Origin: Stegostoma tigrinum
Lineage: Eukaryota
Assembly (NCBI RefSeq): GCF_030684315.1
Contig: NC_081366.1
Coordinates: forward strand, 76,973,723 to 77,037,722
Length of the DNA stretch: 64,000 nt
Direction of reading: 5' to 3'
Made by a program: the position numbers and the translations under genes. Each line of letters opens with the position of its first letter. The stretch's first letter is position 1. The notes below the pieces were generated by a model. The model did not search any database, was not told where the DNA came from, and saw only the letters and a list, made by a program, of their open reading frames with translations. Shown piece after piece: positions 1 to 12,200 of the stretch.

Positions 1-199
1 TCCTGTGAAACCAAACCATCAGAGCTTACAAACAAGAACAAGTTGCTGGAAAAGTTCAGCAGGTCTGGCAGCATCTGTGAAAAGAACTCAGTTATTGGTT
101 TTTATGCAGAAGATAGGATGAGGGAGTAAACAATAGGTGGGGATAGACAAAGGAGTGGATAACCAGCAGGCAGGGTGGGTGAATAGCTATTAACGGAGA

Positions 200-1085
200 C
201 AAAAACAAAGTTGCTGGAGAATCTTAGCAGGTCTGGCAGCTTCTGTGAATGTAAAAACAGAGTTAATGTTTCAGGTCCGGTGACCCTTCCTCAGACCTGA
301 TGGTGGCTGGGAAAACGTCAGTTTATATGCAGAAAATAGGGAGGTGGGTGGGAGAGGGAGTAAACAATAGGATAGAGCCTAAAGAGAGAGAAAGACAGTT
401 GGACAGATAAAGGAGTTGCTAACGATCAGGCTGGGAGGGTGAATAGTTGTTAACGGGGACTGTTAGTGACTAACAACAGGGGGCGTGTAATGGCAGGCAT
501 GTGGTAACAAGTCCTGGTGTGTGGGGTGGGGGGAGCTGGGACATGGGAGAGTTTAGGCCCGAAAATTATTGAACTCAATATTGAGCCCGGAGGGCTGTAG
601 GGTCCCCGAGCGGAAAATGAGGTGTTGTTCCTCCAGCTTGCGCTGGGCTTCACTGGAACACTGTAACAAGCCAGAGACAGAGATGTTGGCCAGGGAGCAG
701 GGTGGTGCATTGAAGTGGCAGGCAACGGGTAGTTCAGGGTCTTTTTTGCGAGCAGAACAGATGTTCTGTGAAGCGGTCACCAGATCTACGCTTCAATCTC
801 CCAATGTAGGGGAGACCACATTGCGAGCAGCGAATGTAGTAGATTAGATTCTGGGAAGTGCAGGTGAAGTGCTGCTTCACCTGGAAGGTATGTTTGGGAT
901 CGTGGATACTGGGGATGGAGGAGGTAAATGGGCAGGTGTTGCACCTTTGCCAGTTACAGGGGAAGGCCCCATAGGACTGTGGGGAGGTGGTGGGAGTGAA
1001 GGGAGTGTGGACCAGGGTGTGCCAGAGGGAATGGTCCCTGAGGAAGGTGCACAAGGGAGGCGAGTGGAATATGTGTCTGGTGGTT
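200..1085 (-). mobile_element. Older Penelope-like element fragment (GIY-YIG endonuclease C-terminus and 3' pLTR)
   Basis: NLIYYIRCSQCGLPYIG...RFTEH and QRKLEEQHLIFRSGTLQPSGLN in broken frames; decayed hammerhead at 264-294. Confidence 0.85.
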
Positions 1086-1196
1086 TGTCACTTACATAAA
1101 TAACTTGAATGGGAGTATGTGTCTGGTGGTGGTTATTAACGTGGAGTGTTAGTGGCTAACAATGGGTTGTGTGTAATACCAGGCATTGTTATAACA

Positions 1197-2525
1197 AGAT
1201 AATAAAATGAGGCTGGATGAACACAGCAGGCCCAGCAGCATCTCAGGAGCACAAAAGCTGACGTTTCGGGCCTAGACCCTTCATCAGAGAGGGGGATGGG
1301 GGGAGGGAACTGGAATAAATAGGGAGAGAGGGGGAAGCGGACCGAAGATGGAAAGAAAAGAAGATAGGTGGAGAGTATAGGTGGGGAGGTAGGGAGGGGA
1401 TAGGTCTGTCCAGGGAAGACGGACAGGTCAAGGAGGTGGGATGGGGTTAGTAGGTAGGAGATGGAAGTGCGACTTGGGGTGGGAGGAAGGGATGGGTGAG
1501 AGGAAGAACAGGTTAGGGAGGCAGAGACAGATTGGACTGGTCTTGGGATGCAGTGGGTAGAGGGCAAGAGCTGGGCTGGTTGTGTGGTGCAGTGGGGGGA
1601 GGGGACGAACTGGGCTGGTTTTGGGATGCGGTGGGGGAAGGGGAGATTTTGAAGCTGGTGAAGTCCACATTGATACCATTGGGCTGCAGGGCTCCCAAGC
1701 GGAATATGAGTTGCTGTTCCTCCAACCTTCGGGTGGCATCATTGTGGCACTGCAGGAGGCCCATGATGGACATGTCATCTAAAGAATGGGAGGGGGAGTG
1801 GAAATGGTTTGCGACTGGGAGGTGCAGTTGTTTATTGCGAACCGAGCGGAGGTGTTCTGCAAAGCGGTCCCCAAGCCTCCGCTTGGTTTCCCCAATGTAG
1901 AGGAAGCCACACCGGGTACAGTGGATGCAGTATACCACATTGGCAGATGTGCAGGTGAACCTCTGCTTAATGTGGAAAGTCATCTTGGGGCCTGGGATAG
2001 AGGTGAGTGAGGAGGTGTGGGGACAAGTGTAGCATTTCCTGCGGTTGCAGGGGAAGGTGCCGGGTGTGGTGGGGTTGGAGGGCAGTGTGGAGCGAACAAG
2101 GGAGTCACGGAGAGAGTGGTCTCTCCGGAAAGCAGACAGGGGTGGGGATGGAAAAATGTCTTGGGTGGTGGGGTCGGATTGTAGATGGCGGAAGTGTCGG
2201 AGGACGATGTGTTGTATCTGGAGGTTGGTGGGGTGGTGTGTGAGAACGAGGGGGATCCTCTTTGGGCGGTTGTGGTGGGGGCGGGGTGTGAGGGATATGT
2301 TGCGGAAAATGCGGGAGACGCGGTCAAGGGTGTTCTCGACCACTGTGGGGGGAAAGTTGCGGTCCTGGAAGAACTTGGACATCTGGGATGTGTGGGAGTG
2401 GAATGCCTCATCGTGGGAGCAGATGCGGCGGAGGCGGAGGAATTGGGAATAGGGGATGGAATTTTTGCAGGAGGGCGGGTGGGAGGAGGTGTATTCTAGG
2501 TAGCTGTGGGAGTCGGTGGGCTTGG
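1197..2525 (-). mobile_element. Young 5'-truncated Penelope-like element (RT thumb, Cys linker, GIY-YIG), nested in an older copy; inverted pLTR piece at 2710-2767
   Basis: ORF 1513..2745 contains KPTDSHSYL..SSHP, CNRRKCYTC and NVVYCIHCTRCGFLYIGETKRRLGDRFAEH. Flanks 1130-1198 and 2526-2709 continue the older family. Confidence 0.92.
1260..1287 (-). ncRNA. Minimal hammerhead ribozyme motif in Penelope pLTR
   Basis: CUGAUGA-A-GGGUCUAGGCCC-GAAAC-GUC on the - strand. Confidence 0.7.
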
Positions 2526-3166
2526 ACATCTGGTTTGTGGGGTTTGAGAAAAGGGCATGGGAGAGCTCAAGCCTGAAAACTCGATATCGAGTCCGGTAGG
2601 TTGCAGGGCCCCCAAGCAGAAATGGAGATGCTGTTCGCCCAGCTTGTGCTGTGTTTTCCTGGAGCACTGCAGCAAGCCTGGGACAGAGATGTTGGCCAGG
2701 GAACACGGTGTGCTCCTGAGATTCTGCTGGGCCTGCTGTGTTCATCCAGCTTCACACTTTATTATCCTGGGCTGTAAAAAGGGCAGGCAACTTTGTTTTT
2801 GCTGACGGACCTGTCAGAACTTTCTTGAACTTAGCAAGAGTCCAGAGCTTGGACTGAAATCTCTTGTTTGGAAGGTGCACTGGGACTGGCTTCAAGGGGG
2901 GGAGGAGACAACACAACGTAGGAGCAAATTACTGCGGATGCTGGAAGCTGCGCTGAAAACAGCAAAATGCTGGAGATTACAACAGCATGCACGGAGAAGG
3001 AGCAAGCTCGTGTTTGGAGTGGCTCTCTCTCTTTAGGCATGCTGCGATTTCCAACGTTTTTGGTTCACAGTGCAGAGAAGGGCTGACAGTTGTGTTCGAA
3101 CTGAGTTGAAGAGTTAAATATGGAACAAGTCCTTCACGCCCCGTCCCTTCCTTGCTGCGCTCTGAG

Positions 3167-3177
3167 AAATGAGGAAG
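3167..3177 (+). promoter_or_regulatory. PU.1/ETS-like site upstream of the IgSF ATG
   Basis: AAATGAGGAAG ~85 nt upstream of the ATG; no obvious TATA box nearby. Confidence 0.35.
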
Positions 3178-3257
3178 GAGCTGAGAAGTCCCTTGCTCGC
3201 AGTGACACAGTCTGTTGAGCTTCCCAGCACATCAGAGCCTGGCAAAGGGAGCTGAGG

Positions 3258-3294
3258 ATGTGTTGGACTTTGCTGCTGATGGTCTTACAGATGG
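3258..3294 (+). CDS. IgSF gene exon 1, signal peptide (MCWTLLLMVLQM)
   Basis: ATG in good context (AGGATG), hydrophobic stretch, phase-1 donor G|gtaagg, and a 142-nt intron like Ig/TCR split leaders. Confidence 0.85.
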
Positions 3295-6200
3295 GTAAGG
3301 AGCTAAGGACCCTCCCGGAATACCGACAGAACTGCGGATGGTGTAAACCAGAAAGTGAAACCGCAAGATTTCTATGTTTCTGAGCTCTCTGAATGTTCTG
3401 TCCCTTTCCCCTGACTCTCTCTCTCTCTGTGTTCAGATGCAGTCCTTTCCAACTCCAACCTGATCATCCTGCAGGCAGTACAGGAAGCCCGGGAGGGTGA
3501 CACGGTGAGGCTGGCCTGCAGAAGCAGCCAGCAGCAGGATCAGCGCTCGCTAACCTGGGGCTACGTGCCAGCGGCCAACTCCACCATCAAATGGATCATG
3601 TCCCTGAGCCCGGGGTCGACTAACTTCACCCGGCTGGCCGGGTTTGAGCCCCGTTTCTCCGGCGCCAATGGCAGTGAATTCACTTTAACCATCGGGCAGC
3701 TGAAACGGACCGACTCCATGAGGTTTTACTGTCAAAGTAAGGACGTTGTGGCGAAGGCGAAGGACTGGTGTGGCTGTGCGGTGACCCTCAACGTGAAACC
3801 AGGTCGGTGCCAGCCTCAAGTCAGCAACACAGACACAGAAAGCTGGAAATGCTCAGTAGGGCCAGTGCAGAGAGAAAGCAGGGTTATTGCTCGAGCCCAG
3901 GAGAGATTGAGGACCCTCTCACCCAGGCTGGGCAAGTGGGAATCTAACAGGCGCTCTCCCCCAAACACAGGAGCTTCGTTGCTTTTTTTGGGGGGTTGGG
4001 GGGGGGGCGAGGCTGAACTGGTTCACAAGCTGTTTTCTCCTCTAGACCTCACCTCTAGACCAGGAGGCTAGCATTCTCAATCCAACTTGTGCCATAACAT
4101 CCCCGAATAAGTCCAGGACAAGTCAATGGGGGGAAAGAACAGGTTTAGGGAGTCAGTGCAAATTTAGATTTCACGTTGAGGAGGCGCTGAAGTGTGGCTA
4201 GAAAGTATGGCAGCGAAGCACGGTGAAGGATTGGCTATAACCCTGTAGATTCACTCGAAGGAAAATTGAACCAACTTCTCTTCACTTTCTGAAAGCAGTC
4301 ATTCCACCGAGGCCACCTTCCGTTCGCCTCCTCCAGCCATCGCCCAAGCAAATTTCCCCGCAGGGGGGCTGCAGACTGGCCTGTGTGGTGAGTGATTTCT
4401 ACCCGGACGCCGTCTCCGTGTCTTGGTACATTGGCAGCGCGCGGCTCTCCTCGGGCATTTCCAGCTCCGGGATACTGACGGAGTCGGAAGGGAGTTACAC
4501 CATCATCAGCGAGCTGACGGTGCCAGCGCTTCAGTGGCTACGTGGTCTTCAATACACCTGCCTAGTTTCACACACAACCCTGCCTTCCCCCATCAGAAGA
4601 GTGATCAGTAAAGACGGTAAGTTAAATCAACAGGTTTATTCAAAATCTCTTGCATACTACTTTCTTGTAGCTACCCTTTAATTAAGTATTTGGAAGCAGG
4701 CACATAGCTCTCAACATTGTTCAAGCTCCTCCACAACTCTCAATCCATCCTAGAACGTGATCAAAAGTCACCAGGTTTATTTGAATCACAAGCTTTCGGA
4801 GCCCTGCTCCTTTGTTACCTGAGAAGGGGCAGCGCTATGAAAGGTTGTGATTTCAAATAAACCTGTTGGACTATAGCCTGGTGTCATGTGACTCCTGACT
4901 TTGTCCACATCAGCCCCATACTGAGGCCTCCACATCACGGCTATGTTCAGCCCGTGGGAAGTAGAATTCCCACATGTAAAAGAATGTGTTTTAGAATGTG
5001 CTTTTTTTTAACCAGGATGTTGCCTGGAATGGAGGGGAGTTCTTATGAGGAAAGGTTGAGAGAGCGAGGGCTTTTCTCTTCAGAACGACGAAGGATGAGA
5101 GGTGACTTGATAGAGGTGTTCAAAATGATCAGAGGTATAGATAGAATGGACAGCCAGAGGCTTTTCCCTAGGATGGAGGTAGCTTTTATGAGGGGACATA
5201 GTTTTAAAGTGAGTGGAGGTAGATATAGGGGAGACGTCAGAGGTAGGTTCTTTACTCAGAGAGTGGTCGGGGCGTGGAATGCATTGCCAGAGAGGGTAAT
5301 GGAGTCGGCCTCATTGGGGGCATTTAAGCGGCTATTAGATAGGCATATGGATGATAGTATAAGGAAGAGATGAAGGTTAGATAGATCTTAGGATTAGGAT
5401 AAAAGTTCAGCACATCGTGGGCCGAAGGGTCTGTACTGTGCTGTACTGTTCTATGTTCCTGACCATGCCCCTACTTATTAGGCCAGTTATTCAATTAACA
5501 GAATTAACATTAAATCTTAAAATAAAGCTCACCAGCTCCTCACAAGTCATTCCCCCACTGCCCCTTGCCAACACATTAAGACTTCCAAAAACTCATTCTC
5601 TCATCCTCGTGTCTGGTTTCAGCTCTTACACTGTTGCACTCAGTTCTACCTCTGATCAATATGTTGCTGTCCCACAGATCCACTCTCAGGCCCAAACTTA
5701 CCTCCAATAATTCCTTTTGCTTTACTAGAGTTAAAGCAGAAATGGGGGATTATCCCAGGAACAATTCCCTTCATGTAGGGATCTGAATATGTAGAGAATC
5801 GGGCTCCTGTGGACAATAAAGTTTCTGCTTTGGTTACACATGGGAAATCAAGTTCAACATGGGTTTGGAATGGCATTGGTTAGGCTGTGTCACATTTCCA
5901 TTAGTATCATTTTCCAAAATCACACTGATATTTTTCATTTTCTTTCATCAACATGTATACCTGAAGAATTTACAAGAGCTAAGTTTGTGAAATTTTGTTC
6001 ATAGAGCTGAAAGTGAGTCTTTGAGCAAAATTAAGAAATTTTAGTAGACTGTGTTCTTCCAAATGAAAATACCATTAAAGTTATACTGATCTAATTTAAT
6101 TGTTTAATTAATGCACAGCCTTGAGATTTTTTGTAATTTTTTTAAACGTAATTTCAAAACAAGTCTTCTTGAACTTATGTATGTGAGCCAATTGGCAAAT

Positions 6201-9200
6201 TTGAAGATCCTAATTAAATCAGGACGATCGGTAGAATTTCACAAATTCAATATGGGAGCAGGTATGGGATATAACTCTCTTATGTTTCAGTTCCTCCAGT
6301 TCTTCACTGGTTCAGCCAATTCAACCTGAAAGGTATTGATTTTCCTGGTGGGAAACAGGCAGAAATCTGAGAAGATTCTTGTCAATATACGGGACCCAGT
6401 GTTATTCAAAATTAATTATTTGAACTCTGTAAATTAGTGTGTCAGACAGACCCTAGACCTTCCCATGCCCAGAACCCATATTATACCACAATTACATTAG
6501 AGAAAATATTATTTTGATATATGAATAATGATTGAAACAAGATTTATTTTCTCAATATTTCGTTTGACATTCATTTCACTGCCATTTGCAGGATTTCACT
6601 GAGTGCAAATTAGATCCCACATTTTGCCAACAAAGGAACAGTAACTTCAGTAGTTCTAACATGTTTTGGGATGTTCTGAACCTTTGATATCTAAATGCAA
6701 ATTATTCTGCTGCCATGAATTGACTTCTGAACAATACTATTCTGACCAATAACCACTTCTATTCATTTAGGCCCGATTCTGCCATCCATCTACATGTTCC
6801 CTCCAACTTTTGAAGAGATTGATGTGAGGAAAACTGCAACAATTGTGTGTCTGGCTGTTGGATTTTACCCCAAAAGTATTTTGTTTAGCTGGCTGGTTAA
6901 CAACGATAAAACTGTGTTTAGTTCGAAAACTCTTCCACCAACTTTAAACACAAATGGGAGTTACACTTCCAGAAGTGAGTTAACAGTCACTGCGGATGAG
7001 TGGGAATCTGGATCTTTGTACACTTGCCAAATTCAACACGTTTCAATGTCATCTCCTATAAGGCACAGTTTGAGGAAAAGAACTGGTAAGGATGTTGAAT
7101 TTGCTTGTCTTTAAATGTTTACTTGATATATCCTAGGGCATTAAATGAGCTAAAACTACACAAAGTCTAACTTGAATGCAGCCAAGTTTCTTCTAGATTC
7201 TTATAGATTCTAGATTCTTCTAGAATTTCTTCTAGATTCTTATTTCTCCTTCCTGCGAAAAACTTCTTGTCCACTCAAAATTATATCATGTTCTAAAAAC
7301 CTCAAGCATGGAATATCATCTGAGGAGACCAAGATATGTCCAATGAATTCTTATTGTTGATGTTACTTCTAATGATTGACTGAAGGAATTGTAAAAATGA
7401 GTTTACCGTTATCTATACAAGTGCGCACAGTGTATTCTAAACTAAGTAGAGCAGACTCTAGCAAATACAAGGAATCAACTTTCCCTATCACATACACCGA
7501 TCATTACTCAAATTCCAATCTTGTTTGTACATACAGACTTAGTGAGACAAAGAGCCCCCTCTGTACTGTATGATTTTATGTTCCCATTATCATATAAAAA
7601 GCATGTGTCTCCAGATCCAGATAAACACCTTTTACTCACCCAAACAGAGCGCGCTTTATCTTGCCCTAGCCTGGCTCTGTCTGGCACCATTTTCTCTGTT
7701 CCTCATTTATTTCATCTCTTTTTATCCTCTTCCCTTCAGACTCCTAACATGACTAGAGGAAAAGCTAATCATAAATCGTCTTACTCCTAGGCCCAGTTAC
7801 AACACTTCTTGACCCTACAAGCTACATATTCTACGCTTTACTAAAATTAGTATAGAACTACAGATAAATTAACACTAATACAATAGGGATATAAATTGCT
7901 AATGGACTATTTTTGCAGCTTTAAACCCTTGTATGAGAGATCTATGAACAAAAGTTTATTTTAAAGTAAGTCTTCCATAACAAGTTGTTCAATTGTCTCG
8001 AACTAGTGCACTTGGTCATTCATAGACTATTATAGCATTGAGGAGGCCAATCAACCCATCATGTGCATGCTGGTTGAGAAAGATCTGACTACATTAATCT
8101 CATTTGCCAGCTTTTGGCTGATAGTCCTGGAGGCTATAACAGTGCAAGTGAATATCTAAATGCAGCTGAATTATTATGTAAGCTTCTAACTTAAGCAATG
8201 TTTCGGACAGTGAGTTCAAGACTCCTGTCACCCTCTGTCAGAAAATAATTCCCCAAAACACTTTTAGTCTTCCACCTCTCACCTTAAATCTATACCCCAT
8301 TTATTGACCCCACCACTCACAAAAAATCTGCCCTCCTATCCAGCCTATCTCTACCCCATGTAACCTTACACACCTCTATCAGCCTCCTCTCTGGCTTCAC
8401 TGCTGCAAGGATAACAGCCCCAGTGTACCCAATTTTTTCTCATAGCTCAGATTCTCCAGTCCAGGCAGCATCCTGGTGAATCTCCTTTGCACCCTCTCTA
8501 GTACAATCACATCTTTCCTATAATGTGGCGACCCATTTTATACACTTGCACATTACCTCAAGATACTTCAGCTCTGAAGAGGAGTCTTTAGACTTTAAAT
8601 ATTAGCTCTGTTTCTCTTGTCGCCAGAACTGCAGAGTTTCTCCAGCACTTCTGTTTTCATTGCAGCATGACCTTCTTGCTCTTGTATACATTGGCCAGTT
8701 AAGACATGTATCCTATGCGTTTTCTTAACCACCTTATCTACATGTCTTCCTTTCTTCAGTGGTCTCAATACATGCATATCAATGATAATCAGTACTTTAC
8801 AGGGCCCCAACATTCCTTGCCTTGGTGGCAGTTCCTAAAATCTAATTTTTCCAGGTTGAATTCTATTTGCAACTTCTCTGTCCACCCGACCAGTCCACCG
8901 ACATCTTCCTGAAGTTTACAACTATCCTCTTCACTATTTATCACCCTGCAATATTTCATTTTATGCTTCTATGTCATCTGAGGTCTTCTTGAATATATCT
9001 CCTACCTTTAAGTCCAAATCATTAATGTAAATCACACTAACAAGGGCTGCCGTACAAACTACTGTGGGACCCAGGCTGGGACCAAGCGGGGAGTATTTCG
9101 ATACCATATCCATGAATCAGGCTTCCCTTTTTTTTGCTTATTCATCTTCAGGGAGGCAAAAGTAGGGTCAAGGGAATGGTTTTATAGTCTCTCTTCCTGG

Positions 9201-12200
9201 AAGCCACGCCTATGATTGTTCACCTTGCTTACGATATATATTAGGGAAAGTCAGTAACAACACCAATCCTACCTGCCAAGAAGGGAATGGATAGGTTTCC
9301 ACCTTCCTATATTCTGCCTTGAGTTCTGAGCTTATTATTCACAAAGGAGCTAGATCATTGACATCTGGCTAGTGTTCCCTTATAATTTATCTGTTTATGA
9401 ATCATCAAGTATTTCACCTGATGTAGCGGGGAGCCCAAAGTTAATATTCCACATTCCTACTCCAGGCTTGCAGTGTTACATTATTGATGCTGTAAACCAT
9501 AGTCACTGCAGTGCCCTCACTTAATTTTCCTGAAATACATTTGACTTGATGCCTGTATTGAAGTTGTAAATATTTGCTTCTCTAATGGTCTGTTCCTGTC
9601 TTTGCTGTAGATGGCTTCATTCAGAAGCCTGTGATCCACCTGATCGCTCCTCTGTCTGACGCTGCCTCTGCAGGACAAAATGTTACCATGACTTGCTTGG
9701 TGTCAGACTTTTACCCTGCCGATATTTCTGTGACTTGGAGAGATGAGAATGGCCCAGTGGATATGGGAGTGACCCAGTTTGCGGTAGTTTTGGGCAGTGC
9801 CAGCGCTTACCGAACAGTGACCCAGTTGACCGTGCCGACAGCAGAATGGGAGAGTAACCGCACCTACTGCTGTGAAGTGAAACATGTGTCCCTGGGACAG
9901 GCACTGCAGAGAGCTGTCACTAAGGATCTGGGTAAAGTCCACAGCAGTGTATGAGAATGTGGTGTAATGTGTGTATACAGGTGTGTGAATGGGAGGGGGA
10001 GATGCCTGTGTGATGGGGGTGGATTGCAGCGTGGGTTTGGCAGATTCTGCAACAGTTGTGGAGACAAAAACAAGAGTTAAAGTCTTGAGCCTGATCCAGC
10101 TGTTCTCCAGGACTGAAGGGGCTTGGAAAAGTTCGTTTTTATGTTGTAGAACAGATTGTGAGTGCTCAGAGCCAAAAACAAAGGGGTTACTAATACTACC
10201 ATTGCTAATGGTTCCACACTGTCCCGGCTTGCTGTGTTTCTGCAGCACGTCATGAAGATAAATTTTGACTGGCAGGTGTCACTCCATCTAAAACATCACA
10301 TTTTGTTCGTGAATCAGGAAATTGTTTAATTCTGATCGTCCTTGCTCAATAAAGTTCTATTGTCTCCTTATACTAAAAACAGGGATATCCAGTGGATCCC
10401 CAAGGATAATGGTTCCTCTGTGCATTGTGGCTGCTGTTAGTGGTTTGCTTTTAATTATCACTGCTGTTACAATGATCTGCAAGAAAGCCATTTCTTCGTC
10501 TGGCACTGAGACTGGTAAGTCTGGTTTAATTGCAATTGATGCAGAGGAAATGGTACCATTGTTAATTACAGGTGTTGTACACCTTGTTCTCCTAACAGGC
10601 AACTAGCGGGTTATTTGGTAGAGCTGTTTAAAATCACAAGAGTTGGGAGAGTAAATAATGAGAAGCTGTTTCCAATTGCTGAAAGAAGACGGCACAAATT
10701 TAAGATAAGCAAAAGAATCAGCAATAACCCGAATGGAACATTTATTTTAGCAGAGTTGTGAGGATTTGTAATGCACCGCCCCATAAGACCGATGGACGCA
10801 GATTAAGAGGAGGTTTAAAAGGAAACTTGAAGGATGAAAATAAATTGGAGAATCAGGACTGGTTACCATGAATATCCATCAATAGAACTCGTGCCAAGTC
10901 AAAAGATTTATTTTTATGATGCTTAGGACAAAGCAAATCATCATAAAATGCTTTATGCTTTTAATACGACACCAAGCCACAATTATTAACTTGTGAAGAT
11001 AAAACTGGCTTGTCAATAAATACAGTTGCTGAGAGCATACAACCAAAATTCTGGTGAAAGAGGTAGATTTTAAGGATTATCTTTCAGGCATTTGAAGGTA
11101 CAATTATCAATGGCAAAGCACTTAAATTCAGAGATGCTCAAGGGGCCAGAATTCGAGGAGAGTAGATATTTCAGTGGGCCATAGGACAAGAGTTTACACA
11201 GATGAGAAGGGGCAGGAAAATGTTAGGGTTTAAAATGAGATTAAGAATCGTAAAATTGTGGTGCTTCTTAACTTGGAGCCATTGTAAGCCAAGAGTGAAG
11301 TGTTGGGAGAAGAGGCTTGGCATATGGGCAATAAGCAAAGTTCAATCAAAAGTTTCTAGAGAGTTTATTATGGGAGGTTAATCAGGAGTCCAATCGTATG
11401 GTCAAGTTCAGAGTAATGAAGGGAATAGGAGGATATTACACACAGATGAATTGATACAAAGGTGAAGCAAAAGAGGTAGAAACTGTTGGTTTTGGTGACC
11501 TGTTGGACATGTGGTCAGAAATTAAAGTCAAATAAAACATCAGCACTACAAGCTGTTTGGTTCAGTCTCAATTTTAAAAATATCACACAGGATGTGGGCC
11601 TCACTGGCTGGGTCAGCATTTATTGCCTGTCCCTTGTTGCAATCCACATCCTGGAAGTACACCATAATGCTCTTAAGGTGAGAATTCCAGGATTTTGACC
11701 CAGTGACAGTGAAGGAATGGCTATACATCCAAGTCAGGATGGTGACTGACTTGGAGAACTTGAAGGTGATGACATTTCCATGTATCTGCTGCCCTTGTCC
11801 TTCTGAATGAAAGTAGTCCTGGCTTTAGAAGATGCAATTTGAGGATCTTTAGAGAATTTCTGCAGTGCATTTTGTTGATAGTACACACTGTTACTACTGA
11901 ATGTCAGTGATGGATACTTATGGATCTGGAGCCAATCAAATGGGCTGGCTTCAATTGGAATGGCATCAAGCTTCTTGAGCATTGTTCAGGGGAGTATTCC
12001 ATCACATTCCCAATCTGTGCCTTGTTGATCATGGACATGCTTTGGGGAGTCAGGTGTTGAGTTACTCACTGCAGTATTCTTATCTTGTGACATGCTTTAG
12101 TAGCCACTATACTTGTAGAGTCAGTCAGTTGAGTTTCAGGTCAGTGGCAACCCCAAGGATGTTGATAGTGGGGGATTCAGTCATAGACCAAGCAGTGGTA

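Noticed and set aside
1532-2576. Several overlapping + strand ORFs
   Set aside because: Antisense shadows of the GC-rich Penelope ORF.
3066-3104. CACAGTG heptamer as a possible RSS
   Set aside because: It lies upstream of the leader, and there is no ACAAAAACC-like nonamer at 12 or 23 spacing.
3803-4071. C-terminal extension of ORF 3505..4071
   Set aside because: Intron read-through past the V-exon donor; the sequence includes a decayed repeat fragment.
6695-6702. Octamer ATGCAAAT as an Ig-like intronic enhancer
   Set aside because: The same 8-mer occurs several times in MATR3 introns (~36068, ~53977, ~55747) and is expected by chance in AT-rich DNA.
3258-10514. Calling the + strand gene a conventional IgM, IgW or IgNAR heavy chain
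   Set aside because: No RSS, D or J segments, the V is not VH- or VNAR-like, the TM lacks the CART motif, and the cytoplasmic tail is long and multi-exon.
10515-10606. Second hydrophobic stretch after the TM exon (two-pass protein)
   Set aside because: It lies beyond a consensus gtaagt donor and is most simply intron read-through.
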